Below, one piece after another: positions 20,281 to 31,686 of a DNA stretch of 64,000 nucleotides (within the stretch, counting starts at the first letter, position 1; every line of letters starts with the position of its first letter). The DNA comes from Candidatus Binatia bacterium (GTDB lineage: Bacteria > Desulfobacterota > Binatia > UBA9968 > JAJDTQ01). The position numbers and the translations under genes are program-made. Where the stretch lies: the NCBI GenBank assembly GCA_022823055.1, contig JAJDXX010000240.1, positions 8,794 through 72,793 of the forward strand. Direction: 5' to 3'. Below the pieces are notes generated by a model. The model was given only the letters and a program-made list of their open reading frames with translations, ran no database searches and was not told the DNA's origin.

Positions 20281-20290
20281 GGGGGCTCCG

Positions 20291-20671
20291 TCAGGCCAGC
20301 GCCACAACGTCCACTTCCACCAGCGCCCCTTTGGGCAGACCCGCCACCGCCACCGTGGTGCGGGCGGGCCTGGCGGATCCCAAGTAACCCTCGTAGATGG
20401 CATTGACGGCGGCGAAATCGGCCATGTCGTTCAGGTAGATGGTCGTCTTGACGACCTGGCCCCACGAGCTGCCCGCCGCTTCCAGAACCGCGGTGACGTT
20501 GTCGAGCACCCGGCGCGCCTGCGTCTCCAGGCCCCCGGACACGAGTTCGCCGGTACCCGGCTCCAGTCCGATTTGCCCTGCGGTGTAGACGAAGCCGTTG
20601 GCCTTGATGGCCTGCTCGTAGGGGCCGATGGCGTCGGGGGCCTTGTCGGTGTGGACGACTTCTATGGACAT
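20291..20671 (-). CDS. ridA: RidA/YjgF/UK114 family reactive-intermediate deaminase
   Basis: 126 aa; ...APDAIGPYEQAIKANGFVYTAGQIG...TTIYLNDMADFAAVNAIY...PARTTVAVAGLPKGALVEV, the canonical RidA pattern. Confidence 0.9.
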   Translation of the reverse strand: MSIEVVHTDKAPDAIGPYEQAIKANGFVYTAGQIGLEPGTGELVSGGLETQARRVLDNVTAVLEAAGSSWGQVVKTTIYLNDMADFAAVNAIYEGYLGSARPARTTVAVAGLPKGALVEVDVVALA

Positions 20672-20766
20672 CGTATCTCCTTGCCTGTTGGAATTCCCGG
20701 AAATCTACTAGAAGATCTACAAGATATGGGAAGCTAGGGATATACCTCGACCGGAATGCTCAAGCC

Positions 20767-20958
20767 ATGAAACTGATCACCGCCCACAAGATACTCATCG
20801 GAACGTCCATCGTCTTCTTCGTCTTCTTCAGCGGCTGGGAGTTGACGAACTTTTTCGGCGCGGGCGCGGGCTGGGCGCTTGCCCGGAGCCTCCTCTATCT
20901 CGGCGTCGCCGGGGGCTTCGCCGTCTACTTCAGGACCCTCAAGAACAAGGTGCTGTGA
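20767..20958 (+). CDS. Small membrane protein (2 TM), unknown function
   Basis: 63 aa, two hydrophobic helices. Stop TGA 20956-58 lies 1 nt before the HNH gene start. Confidence 0.45.
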   Translation: MKLITAHKILIGTSIVFFVFFSGWELTNFFGAGAGWALARSLLYLGVAGGFAVYFRTLKNKVL

Positions 20959-20959
20959 G

Positions 20960-21232
20960 ATGACGCCGGACCCCGATGCCTTCCTCGTTCCGGTCACCGA
21001 GGGCGAGATCCGCCGGGAGCGCCGGAAGGCGCGGGAGCTGCGCAACAGCCAGTGGTGGAAGAACCGGACGAGCCAGGGTCTGTGCGCCCACTGCGGCGGC
21101 CGGTTCCCACCGCGCGAGTTGACCATGGACCACGTCGTGCCCGTCATCCGCGGCGGCAAGAGCACGAGGGGCAATGTCGTGCCAAGTTGCAAACCCTGCA
21201 ACAGCGCCCGGAAGCACAGCCTGCCGTTCTGA
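20960..21232 (+). CDS. HNH endonuclease domain protein
   Basis: CAHCGG...MDHVVPVIRGGKST..NVVPSCKPCNSARKH: Cys4 plus H-N-H core. 90 aa. Confidence 0.8.
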   Translation: MTPDPDAFLVPVTEGEIRRERRKARELRNSQWWKNRTSQGLCAHCGGRFPPRELTMDHVVPVIRGGKSTRGNVVPSCKPCNSARKHSLPF

Positions 21233-21252
21233 CCCCGCCGCCGTCCGGCTCG

Positions 21253-21684
21253 TCACTTCGGTGTGTAGTCGCTCCGCAGCACGAGAACGTGGACTCTCCC
21301 GTTGAGGCCATACTTGGGCACGTCGGCGAAGACGGCGCTGACCTTCTCGTTGGCGAAATACTTCCCCGCGTCTTCGAAGTTGTCGAACTCGAACTCGACG
21401 ACGCGGTGCGGAGATGCCCCGTAGTAGTCGTCGTAGGAGGTGATACGCCGCACTTCGGCCGGAGCCTTGAGTACTTCCGCGACGCTTGTCACCCAGGCGA
21501 TATACCTGTCCTTGCCGTCCACGGGATAGTCCACCGTGAAGACGTATTTCACGGATGGACGGCCCTTCATGGCGTCCTGGCCGTGGACCTGTGACGTACC
21601 CGGCAGCAGTGGAGGTCCGAGCAGGCTCAGTGCGAGGAGCGCGGCCGATGCCGCCGAGAGGAGCGGTTTCGGTTGAACAGCCAT
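21253..21684 (-). CDS. Secreted hypothetical protein (possible dimeric alpha/beta-barrel-like domain)
   Basis: Signal peptide MAVQPKPLLSAASAALLALSLLGPPLL. Fold assignment is only a guess from size and pattern. Confidence 0.45.
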   Translation of the reverse strand: MAVQPKPLLSAASAALLALSLLGPPLLPGTSQVHGQDAMKGRPSVKYVFTVDYPVDGKDRYIAWVTSVAEVLKAPAEVRRITSYDDYYGASPHRVVEFEFDNFEDAGKYFANEKVSAVFADVPKYGLNGRVHVLVLRSDYTPK

Positions 21685-21846
21685 GGTTCGTTCCTTTCGT
21701 TGTGTCGATGGACTCCGTTCCGAAAACGGATGTTTGATAACCCTGGCGTCGAATGACGTCAACAACGGTGCCGGCCGATGTCCTGCGGTTCCGACACCGA
21801 TCCCGTGGGAGATCCCGGTACCGGGGCGCGCCGGGGCGGCCGGCGG

Positions 21847-22583
21847 TCATGCCAGGGCCCAGGCCGACCGTGCGATGATGTAGCCTCCCAGCACCGACAA
21901 GGCGATGAAGAGTACCTGCCTGAACCGCTCCTCGGAGAGGCGTCCGCGGATGCGCCGGCCCACGATCATGCCCAGGGCTGCGGGCGCCAGGGCCGCCGCG
22001 GACCATGCGCCGTAGGACACGTCGAGTACGCCGTTGCCCCTTAGCGCCAGGGCCAGCGCCACGGTCGACAGCGTGAAGAATATTCCCATGGCTTGCACGA
22101 GCATGTCGCGGGCGAGGCCGATGGCCTGCAGGTACAGGACGCCGGGTACCACGAAGGAGCCGGTCATCCCGGTGACGACGCCGTTGACCGCGCCGACCAG
22201 CGGGCCGGCCCAGGTCTCCTGTCCGGGCGTAAGGGCGATGCGCACGCCGGCCAGGTTCAACACCGAGTAAACCACCAGCAGCAGCCCCAGCAGCGCCGAC
22301 AGCCATGCCACGCCCACGCGTGCCAGCACCAGGGCGCCGATCCACACCGTGACCGTCGCCATCACGAGAAAAGGCCAGAGGCGGGCCAGGATGGCGCGGC
22401 CGTTGCCGCCCACCGCCGCCTGCCACACGTTGGTGACAAAGGACGGTACCAGCAACAGCACCATGGCGGTGGTGAGGTCGAAGGCCACGGTCAGCAGGCC
22501 AAGGCTCACCGTGGGCAGGCCGAAGCCCACCAGACCCTTGACTCCGCCCGCCAGCAGGAAGACGGCGAAAATGATGACGGCGG

Positions 22584-22599
<16 letters not shown>
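21847..22599 (-). CDS. TauE/SafE-family anion (sulfite-type) permease
   Basis: 250 aa; MPDPLTAVIIFAVFLLAGGVKGLVGFGLPTV... with about 7-8 TM segments, the family signature at the N-terminus. Start overlaps the upstream gene stop by 16 nt. Confidence 0.8.
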
Positions 22600-24929
<2,330 letters not shown>

Positions 24930-24943
24930 GGCGAGGCTGTCCC

Positions 24944-25648
24944 TTACCCTCCGAACGTCGACTGGTAATCCTGCCACGCCTTGGGGCCGGCCCGGTCGAA
25001 GACCTTCTCGCGGAGGCCGCCGGCGTACTGGGCGGGGATGAAGTTGATCTTCTCGGTGAGGGACGGCTTCAGGCGTACGCCTTGGGCGCGCAGCTCGTCG
25101 GCCATGACGAGGTTGTCCAGCACCACGCGGATCTCGTCGTGGTCGGTCCACATGGCCTTGTAGACGATGCGGCCCTCCTTGCTGACGATGTAGACCATGT
25201 TGGGGAGGACACCGTAGAGCTGGTGCACGGTGCCTTCGAGGTCATCCACCAGCAGGGGGTTCTCGATGCCGTCCTGGTCCCGGCAGTGGCGCGCGTACTC
25301 CAGCTTTTGCTCGATGTCCTTGTGGGGGCCGTAGTTCTCCCCTGGATGGGGTTCGCGCACGTAGATGGTGAGGAACTCGAAGCCCTTGTCGCGATAGTTC
25401 CGGTACATCTCGTTGAGGGGCGAGACCTCGCCCACGAAGGGCGGTCAGGTGATGCTGCCGAACTCCAGCAGCACGTGCTTGCTGCCCTTGAACGCGGAGA
25501 GCCGGACCTCTTCGCCTTCCAGGGTCTGAAGGGTGAAGTCCGGAGCCTCCTCACCGGCCCGCAGGCGCGCGGCGAACTCGCCGGCCTTGGCCGAGCTTTC
25601 CGACCGGTTGAAGGTTTCGTAGTTGTAGGCGCTGACTGATTGACCCAT
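24944..25648 (-). CDS. Deiodinase-like thioredoxin-fold protein, predicted selenoprotein (in-frame UGA at 25445-25447)
   Basis: AAGGAG 7 nt before ATG 25648. Two same-frame ORFs joined by TGA give ...LLEFGSIT-U-PPFVGE...FLTIYVREPHP, matching the deiodinase FGSxT-U-PPF / IYIxEAHP blocks. Downstream hairpin. Confidence 0.7.
25418..25433 (-). promoter_or_regulatory. Candidate bacterial SECIS hairpin
   Basis: mRNA GGGCGA-GGUC-UCGCCC begins 11 nt 3' of the UGA. Apical loop starts with G about 17 nt from the UGA. Confidence 0.5.
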
Positions 25649-25776
25649 TTGTGAACTCCTTTGCCTTGGTGGGCGGCGCAAGGGCCGGTCCGAATGGCCG
25701 GGATTCTACTACCAAATGACGGGATAAAGGAACCCGGGTCACGTCTCCAGACGGAGACGCTGCCGGATCTCGGGAG

Positions 25777-26748
25777 TCACGAACGCGCGTCTACCGCGAG
25801 CGCCTCCACAAGCGACCGCATGTCGGCCGGCATGGGCGCCGTCCATTCCATAGCTTCAGCCGTTTCCGGATGGGACAATCCGAGTCGTCCCGCGTGCAGG
25901 GCCTGCCGTCGAAAGCCGCGCAACAGTTCCGTGACGCGGGAATCTTGGCCCTTGACAGCCGCTCCGCCGCGACCGCCGTACACCGGATCGCCCATCACCG
26001 GATGTCCGATGTGGGCCATGTGTACGCGGATCTGGTGGGTGCGGCCCGATTCCAGCCTGACCCGGAGCAACGTGTGACTCCGGTAGGCCGCCGTCACCGT
26101 GTAGTGACTGGTGGCCTCCTTGCCGCGCTGCTGTACCGACATGCGGGTGCGGTGAACCGGGTGCCTGCCAATGGGCGCGGCAACGGAGCCGCCGGCCCGG
26201 ACGACGCCGCGCACCAGCGCCAGGTACTCTCGCTTGATGCGCCGCGCCTGCAGCTCCCGAACCAGCCGCAGGCGCACGGCGTCGGTCTTGGCCACCACCA
26301 GGAGGCCCGAGGTGTCCTTGTCCAGCCGGTGCACGATGCCGGCGCGCGGCACGGCCACGAGCGAGGGGGCGTGGTGCATGACGGCGTTCAGCAGGGTGCC
26401 TTCGGCATTCCCGGCGCCGGGATGAACCACCATGCCGGGCGGCTTGTTGATCACGAGCAGGGAGTGGTCCTCGTGGACGATTTCAAGCGGGATGGGCTGC
26501 GCCTTCCAGGAAACCTCCGCGGACTCCGGCAGCTCCATCTCGATGCAGGCTCCGGCCGCGACCTTGTCCGAGCACTCCGGGATGCGGCCGTCGAGGCGGA
26601 CGTGCCCGTCGCGCACGAGCCGTTGGAGGCGAGAGCGCGAGTGGTCGGGCAGGAGCGCCGCCAGGGCCGCGTCCAGCCGCTTGCCGTGAAGGGTTTGGGG
26701 CACCGTCAGGCGGATCTCCGGTGCGGGGTCTTGAGTCAGCGTGCTCAT
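25777..26748 (-). CDS. rluD: 23S rRNA pseudouridine synthase, RluA/RluD family
   Basis: S4 domain (RLDAALAALLP...RSRLQRLVRDGHVRLDG) plus catalytic HRLDKDTSGLLVVAKT and RTHQIRVHMAHIGHPVMGD. Start taken at ATG 26748. Confidence 0.85.
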   Translation of the reverse strand: MSTLTQDPAPEIRLTVPQTLHGKRLDAALAALLPDHSRSRLQRLVRDGHVRLDGRIPECSDKVAAGACIEMELPESAEVSWKAQPIPLEIVHEDHSLLVINKPPGMVVHPGAGNAEGTLLNAVMHHAPSLVAVPRAGIVHRLDKDTSGLLVVAKTDAVRLRLVRELQARRIKREYLALVRGVVRAGGSVAAPIGRHPVHRTRMSVQQRGKEATSHYTVTAAYRSHTLLRVRLESGRTHQIRVHMAHIGHPVMGDPVYGGRGGAAVKGQDSRVTELLRGFRRQALHAGRLGLSHPETAEAMEWTAPMPADMRSLVEALAVDARS

Positions 26749-26917
26749 GGAGACGAAAGGCGCCGGCGGATTCGTGCCGGACTCAGCCAGAGCTTGTTCC
26801 TTTCGTCCGGTGATTGCAACGGACGTTCTCAAGGCCGGTTGAACCGACTGGATTTCGACTGCCCGGGGCTGTGTCGATACTTTGCTCGGACACGGGGTGG
26901 CGCCGTCACCCCATACC

Positions 26918-27013
26918 GTCATTCCCGCGAAAGCGGGATTCCTGGCGGGGAATGGGGGGGAAATACGCCGGTTGGCCCCTATCCACCCCTGGATTCCCGC
27001 TTCCGCGGGATTG
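26918..27013. repeat. Palindromic nested-hairpin repeat, slightly degenerate copy
   Basis: GTCATTCCCGCGAAAGCGGGATTCCTGG...CCCCTGGATTCCCGCTTCCGCGGGATTGA. Confidence 0.85.
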
Positions 27014-27071
27014 AGGGAGGGGGAAAGGGAGTGACGTTGACGGCCGCGCGGCCGGGCCGTAGACTCTGGCG

Positions 27072-28436
27072 ATGGACCTTCGAACCTACCTCGACTCCGT
27101 CAGGCAACTCGCCCCTGAACGCCTGCTGGAAGTCACGGACAAGCACGACATCAACCTGGAAGTGTGCGCCATGATCGCGGATCTGGAGAAGCGAAAACGT
27201 GAGCCGTTGCTGCTCTTCTCCAACATCGACAACCTGAGCGGCGAGCCGTCGGAGTTCCCGCTGTTGATGAACACGTTCGCGTCACGCGCGGCCTGCGCGG
27301 TGGCGCTGGGGCTGGCCCCGGAGCAGGCGGGCCGCGAGCTGATGTTGGAATTCCAGGCGCGCGAGGCGCAGCGCGAGAAGCCCGTGGTGGTGAAAGCCGC
27401 GGACGCGCCGGTGAAGCAGGTCAGGATGGACCCGAACCTGTACTTCCTGCCGGTGCTGACGCACCACACAGCCGACCTGGGTCCCTACCTCACCATGACC
27501 TGGGCCGCCCGCGACCCGGACACGGGCGTCTACAACTCTTCGTTCCACCGGTGCTACGTGCGCGACCCCAACCACCTGATCATGTTCTTCGAGCGCCGGC
27601 ACCTGTGGGACTACTACGTGCGCGCGGAGCAGCGCGGCGAGGCGCTGCCGGTGGCCTGCGTCATCGGTCACCACCCGGCCTACTACCTCGGCAACTGCAT
27701 CCTCAACGGCATCGCCGAGGACGAGTACGAGAGCATCGGCGGGCTCATGGGCGAGCCGCTGCGGCTGGTGCCGTCGGAGACCTTCGGCGACGAGCTGCTG
27801 GTGCCCGCGGACGCGGAGATGGTCATCGAGGGCCGGGTGCTGCCGCACCAGAGGGAAGTGGAGGGACCATTCGGAGACTTCACCGGCCTGTACGGTCCGG
27901 CGGGCGAATCGCCGGTTGTGGAAGTGACCGCCATCACGCACCGTCAGGGAGCGATGTGCATGGACATCCTGGCGGGCCACCGCGACCACCGCCTGCTGGG
28001 GGCCGTGCCCAAGGAGGGCAGCATCTTCCGCAACGTGCGCGCGGTCGTGCCCACCGTCGAGTCCGTGTGCCTGCCCCTGAGCGGCGCGGGCCGGTTCCAC
28101 TGCTACATCAGCATCGACAAGCGCTGCGAGGGCGAGGCCAAGCTCGCCGCCATGGCCGCGTTCACGGCTTCGGAGCTCATCAAGCACGTGGTGGTGGTGG
28201 ACGCCGACATCGACGTGTACGACGAGGAGGAGGTGTTGTGGGCGGTGGCCACCCGGGTGGACGCGGCCACGGACATCTCCATCATCGAACGCGTGAAGGG
28301 CAGCCGCCTGGACCCCGTACATCCGGGCAAGGACTGGGGCTCGAAGCTCATCGTCGACGCCTGCCGCAACGAGGAGATCGAGTTCCCGGAGCGCATCAAG
28401 GCGGCCCCGTACCGGCCAAAGGAGGGAAGTTTTTGA
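27072..28436 (+). CDS. UbiD-family (prFMN-dependent) decarboxylase
   Basis: 454 aa; MDLRTYLD... N-terminus, ...EGPFGDFTGLY... prFMN-binding block and overall UbiD layout. No ubiX nearby. Confidence 0.85.
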   Translation: MDLRTYLDSVRQLAPERLLEVTDKHDINLEVCAMIADLEKRKREPLLLFSNIDNLSGEPSEFPLLMNTFASRAACAVALGLAPEQAGRELMLEFQAREAQREKPVVVKAADAPVKQVRMDPNLYFLPVLTHHTADLGPYLTMTWAARDPDTGVYNSSFHRCYVRDPNHLIMFFERRHLWDYYVRAEQRGEALPVACVIGHHPAYYLGNCILNGIAEDEYESIGGLMGEPLRLVPSETFGDELLVPADAEMVIEGRVLPHQREVEGPFGDFTGLYGPAGESPVVEVTAITHRQGAMCMDILAGHRDHRLLGAVPKEGSIFRNVRAVVPTVESVCLPLSGAGRFHCYISIDKRCEGEAKLAAMAAFTASELIKHVVVVDADIDVYDEEEVLWAVATRVDAATDISIIERVKGSRLDPVHPGKDWGSKLIVDACRNEEIEFPERIKAAPYRPKEGSF

Positions 28437-28440
28437 TCAC

Positions 28441-28959
28441 TTGGGTGTATCGCCCGCGCGTACCGCGGCAAGACACGTTCGGTTCTCATCCGCCGCCGCG
28501 GTGAGCATCGTGGGCAAACCGGAGCGTCCGTCCGGAGAGGCGGGAGCGGAGCCGTGTGTCAGGGTCGAGCAGACGGCATGCGCGGGCGGCGACGGGGGTT
28601 GGCGCATCGCCTGGCGCATCACGAACCTCACGGCCTCGGAGTTGCGGTTGTTGGATGCACGCTTCCCCCACGGGCAGTTCCGCGGCGGCCTCGTGGAGTT
28701 GGAAGGCCTCACGATTGCGCCTCGGGGCAGTACCCGACTGGAGGTCGTCGTGGCCTGCCAAGGCGGTCCCGACGACGTAGTGGAGAACGCCTTCCTGATC
28801 ACCACGGCGGAATGGCGGGAGGTCCTTTGGCGCATCCTGGCGCGCCTTACCGTGCGCTTCACCGCGGACAGGGTGCCCGCCGCGACCACGGAGCTTGTGA
28901 CGGTTCAGCGGGTGGGGTTCTCGCGCCCCGAGCGTCAAGTTCCCGTGTCTAAGGTTTGA
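28441..28959 (+). CDS. Hypothetical protein, co-transcribed with the UbiD-family gene
   Basis: High GC3 coding signature. Begins 4 nt after the UbiD stop. No recognised motif; start codon uncertain (TTG 28441 or GTG about 28501). Confidence 0.45.
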   Translation: MGVSPARTAARHVRFSSAAAVSIVGKPERPSGEAGAEPCVRVEQTACAGGDGGWRIAWRITNLTASELRLLDARFPHGQFRGGLVELEGLTIAPRGSTRLEVVVACQGGPDDVVENAFLITTAEWREVLWRILARLTVRFTADRVPAATTELVTVQRVGFSRPERQVPVSKV

Positions 28960-29291
28960 CGAAATGCCTGCGGAATGACACTAAGGGACGGGAACCGGGC
29001 TCAGGACCACGGTTCACATCCAAACCGGACCGAGGCGGTTCGCCGCCTCCGAAGGGAAAGCATGACCGAACGCGAAAAGTACATCTTCAAGCGCATGGGC
29101 GGCTGATACCGCAATTGAGGCCTCGGCTTCGAAGAGACCGCGGGTATGGTCTCCAACACGCTTGACATGGAACTCGACGACCTCGTCGCGACGCTGAAAC
29201 GCGTCCGGGAAACCTCCGGCGAGGACCCCGAGTACCTGGAGTTGCGCGCGCCGCTGCCGGACGATTGGCTGATCTGAGGGAAACATGCCGC

Positions 29292-30062
29292 CTACGCCCG
29301 CCGTGCCTCCGGCAGTCCGCCCTCCGCCTTCCGCGGGTCCAGGGGCCGGAGGCCCGGCCAGAAGTCCCGCCAGCCGGTCATGGCCTGGACGTGGCCGTCC
29401 CACTCCAGGGTGAACGCGGTGATGCCGAGCTTTACGGCGCGCAGGATCTTTTCGCGCGTTTCCACGTCCGTGGCGGCGCGGCGCAGGGTGTCGATCTGCC
29501 GGGAACCGTGCCCCACGTCCTGCTCGGCGTGGATCCGGTACGTCTCCACCTGCCGCTCGGAGAAGCCATAGTGTCCCACCAGCTCCTTGTAGACCCGCGC
29601 GGCCGCGCCGTCGGGTCCGCCGTGCTGGCTCTCCACGAAGGCGAGCATGGCCACCCCCTCCAGCGCGGACCTGCGCTGGCAGCAGCCGATGATCATCTCG
29701 ATGGCCGCCAGGGTCCCGGGCGTGGGCTCCGTGTTGTCCGCTTCCTCGCGCGAGATCCCGGCTTCCTCCAGGAACTGGTACATGATGTCCACGTGGCTGC
29801 GGTCGCCGGACAGCTCCTCCATGAAGTTTTCGAGCACCACGTCCGCGAGCCCCTGCTCCCGGTTCGCCACCGCGTTCACCGCCATGTAGCCGAAGTAGAT
29901 GGGGTTGGTGCGCACGCGCAGGTAGTGCTGCACCTCGCCCAGGACGATCTGTTCGCGGGTCCAGCGGTGGTCGACGATGCCCTTGAACCAGGGATGCTCC
30001 ACCATTGGCACCTGGTTTGCGTATTCCCACAACTCATCGATGAACTGATCCGGCGACGTCAC
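29292..30062 (-). CDS. Haem-oxygenase-like fold protein (TenA/PqqC / iron-containing redox enzyme family)
   Basis: GAGGAGG 7 nt before GTG 30062. All-helical about 255 aa with HPWFKGI..., ExxH-type pairs (EVQHY, ...EELSGDRSHVD..., HAEQDVGH) typical of this fold. Confidence 0.6.
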   Translation of the reverse strand: MTSPDQFIDELWEYANQVPMVEHPWFKGIVDHRWTREQIVLGEVQHYLRVRTNPIYFGYMAVNAVANREQGLADVVLENFMEELSGDRSHVDIMYQFLEEAGISREEADNTEPTPGTLAAIEMIIGCCQRRSALEGVAMLAFVESQHGGPDGAAARVYKELVGHYGFSERQVETYRIHAEQDVGHGSRQIDTLRRAATDVETREKILRAVKLGITAFTLEWDGHVQAMTGWRDFWPGLRPLDPRKAEGGLPEARRA

Positions 30063-30228
30063 GGCGACACCTCCTCGACAGGATTGATCCGGCCCATGCA
30101 AACGAGCATACTCGTATCATCGGGGCAAGCCAATACTCCGGGCACCGGACGTGTCGGGATCGGCACGTGGGCCGGGAGGCGCAATGACGAGGAGGCCGGA
30201 ACAGGGACCGGCTATCGAGGAGCACGAC

Positions 30229-30696
30229 ATGCCTTGGTGGGGCTGGCTGAGCATCGGGATCATCCTGATGGGAGTGGAGCTGACCGCGGTCGACGCCGCG
30301 TTCTATCTTATCTTCGTCGGCGCGGCCGCGGTCCTCGTCGGGATCATCGGACTGGCGGGTGTCGACCTGCCCGTCTGGGGCCAGTTGGCGGCATTCGCGG
30401 TGCTGGCGGTGGTGTCCATGGTGCTGTTCCGCGGGAAGCTCTACGACCGCATCCGCGGCGGGCTGCCGGGTTTCGAGTACAAGGTCGCGGGCCGCATCGT
30501 GTCGGTGGCCGATGAGGTCCCCTTGGGCGGTGAAACACGGGTGAGTCTTCAGGGCACCCAATGGACCGCGGTCAACGTGGGGCCGGCGCCGATCGCGGCG
30601 GGCGGCCGCGCGCGCGTGGTCGGAAGAGACAGCGTAAACTTGTCCATCGAAGGACTCGCCGACGACGCTGTCAACGAACCGGGAGGGGGACGGTAA
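30229..30696 (+). CDS. NfeD-family membrane protein
   Basis: N-terminal TM helices plus C-terminal OB-like GxxVxV...G..W.A block. TAATG overlap with the SPFH gene (classic NfeD-SPFH pair). Alternative start 30184. Confidence 0.75.
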   Translation: MPWWGWLSIGIILMGVELTAVDAAFYLIFVGAAAVLVGIIGLAGVDLPVWGQLAAFAVLAVVSMVLFRGKLYDRIRGGLPGFEYKVAGRIVSVADEVPLGGETRVSLQGTQWTAVNVGPAPIAAGGRARVVGRDSVNLSIEGLADDAVNEPGGGR

Positions 30697-31664
30697 TGGT
30701 TGGACTGGATGCGAACCTGGGTTTCCTGATCACGACCGGCGTTCTCGCCCTCGTCGTGCTGATCGTGCTCATCAAGACGGCCGTGGTGGTGCCGCAGCAG
30801 AACGCGTACGTCGTCGAGAACCTCGGCAAGTACTCGCGTACTCTCAAGCCGGGCTTCAACATCCTGGTGCCGTTCCTGGAGCGGGTCGCCTACCGCCACA
30901 GCCTCAAGGAGCACGCCCTCGATATCGAGGAGCAGATCTGCATCACGTCGGACAATGTCCAGGTGGGGGTGGACGGCGTGCTCTACCTGCAGGTGGTGGA
31001 ACCGGAAAGGGCGTCGTACGGCATCGGCAACTACGTGTTCGCCATCTCCCAGCTCGCCCAGACCACGCTGCGCAGCGAGATCGGCAAGATCGAGTTGGAC
31101 AAGACCTTCGAGGAGCGGGGCCACATCAACCAGTCCGTGGTCGAGGAACTCGACAAGGCCTCGGATCCCTGGGGGGTCAAAGTGCTCCGGTACGAGATCA
31201 AGAACATCAACCCGCCGTCGGACGTGCTCTCGGCCATGGAGAAGCAGATGCGCGCGGAGCGGGAGAAGCGCGCCACCGTGCTGTCGTCCGAAGGCGAACG
31301 GGACGCCAAGATCAACGAGGCCGAAGGGGACAAGCAACAGGTCATCAAGGCTTCGGAAGCCGCCAAGCAGCGCCAGATCAACGAGGCCGAGGGCGAGGCC
31401 GCTGCCATCCTCGCGGTGGCCGGCGCCACCGCCGAAGGGCTCAAGAAGGTGGCGGAGGCCCTCGACTCCGAAGGCGGGGACAAGGCCATGCAACTCCGGG
31501 TCGCCGAGAACTACCTGGAACGCTTCGGCAACCTTGCCAAGGAGGGTAACACGCTCATCGTCCCCGCCAACCTCAGCGATCTCACCTCCATGATCAGCGC
31601 CGCCACCACGGTGCTCGGCCACACCCCGGGACGGCGCAACCAGGAGCCGGGGCAGAACGGCTGA
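30696..31664 (+). CDS. SPFH/band-7 (stomatin/prohibitin-like) protein
   Basis: N-terminal TM, VVPQQNAYVVENLGKY...TLKPGFNILVPF...TSDNVQV...RSEIGKIELD, plus C-terminal coiled coil EAEGEA. Confidence 0.9.
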   Translation: MVGLDANLGFLITTGVLALVVLIVLIKTAVVVPQQNAYVVENLGKYSRTLKPGFNILVPFLERVAYRHSLKEHALDIEEQICITSDNVQVGVDGVLYLQVVEPERASYGIGNYVFAISQLAQTTLRSEIGKIELDKTFEERGHINQSVVEELDKASDPWGVKVLRYEIKNINPPSDVLSAMEKQMRAEREKRATVLSSEGERDAKINEAEGDKQQVIKASEAAKQRQINEAEGEAAAILAVAGATAEGLKKVAEALDSEGGDKAMQLRVAENYLERFGNLAKEGNTLIVPANLSDLTSMISAATTVLGHTPGRRNQEPGQNG

Positions 31665-31686
31665 GGGCGGCCGGAACCGGAGCGTC

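Noticed and set aside
25445-25447. Alternative reading of the TGA as a genuine nonsense mutation (pseudogene) or as the end of a 67-78-aa gene followed by a separate GTG-initiated gene.
   Set aside because: The TGA falls precisely in the FGSxT-U-PPF catalytic position of the deiodinase fold. Both halves are in frame and each alone is an incomplete thioredoxin fold. A SECIS-like hairpin follows. A pseudogene cannot be fully excluded without the Sec machinery or read data.
29063-29277. Two tiny ORFs: MTEREKYIFKRMGG (29063-29107) and MVSNTLDMELDDLVATLKRVRETSGEDPEYLELRAPLPDDWLI (29146-29277). They lie near the PqqC/TenA-like gene and were considered as a RiPP precursor.
   Set aside because: They are convergent with, not co-transcribed with, the PqqC-like gene. 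They have no PqqA-like Glu/Tyr motif, weak RBS evidence and no maturase nearby. Left unannotated.
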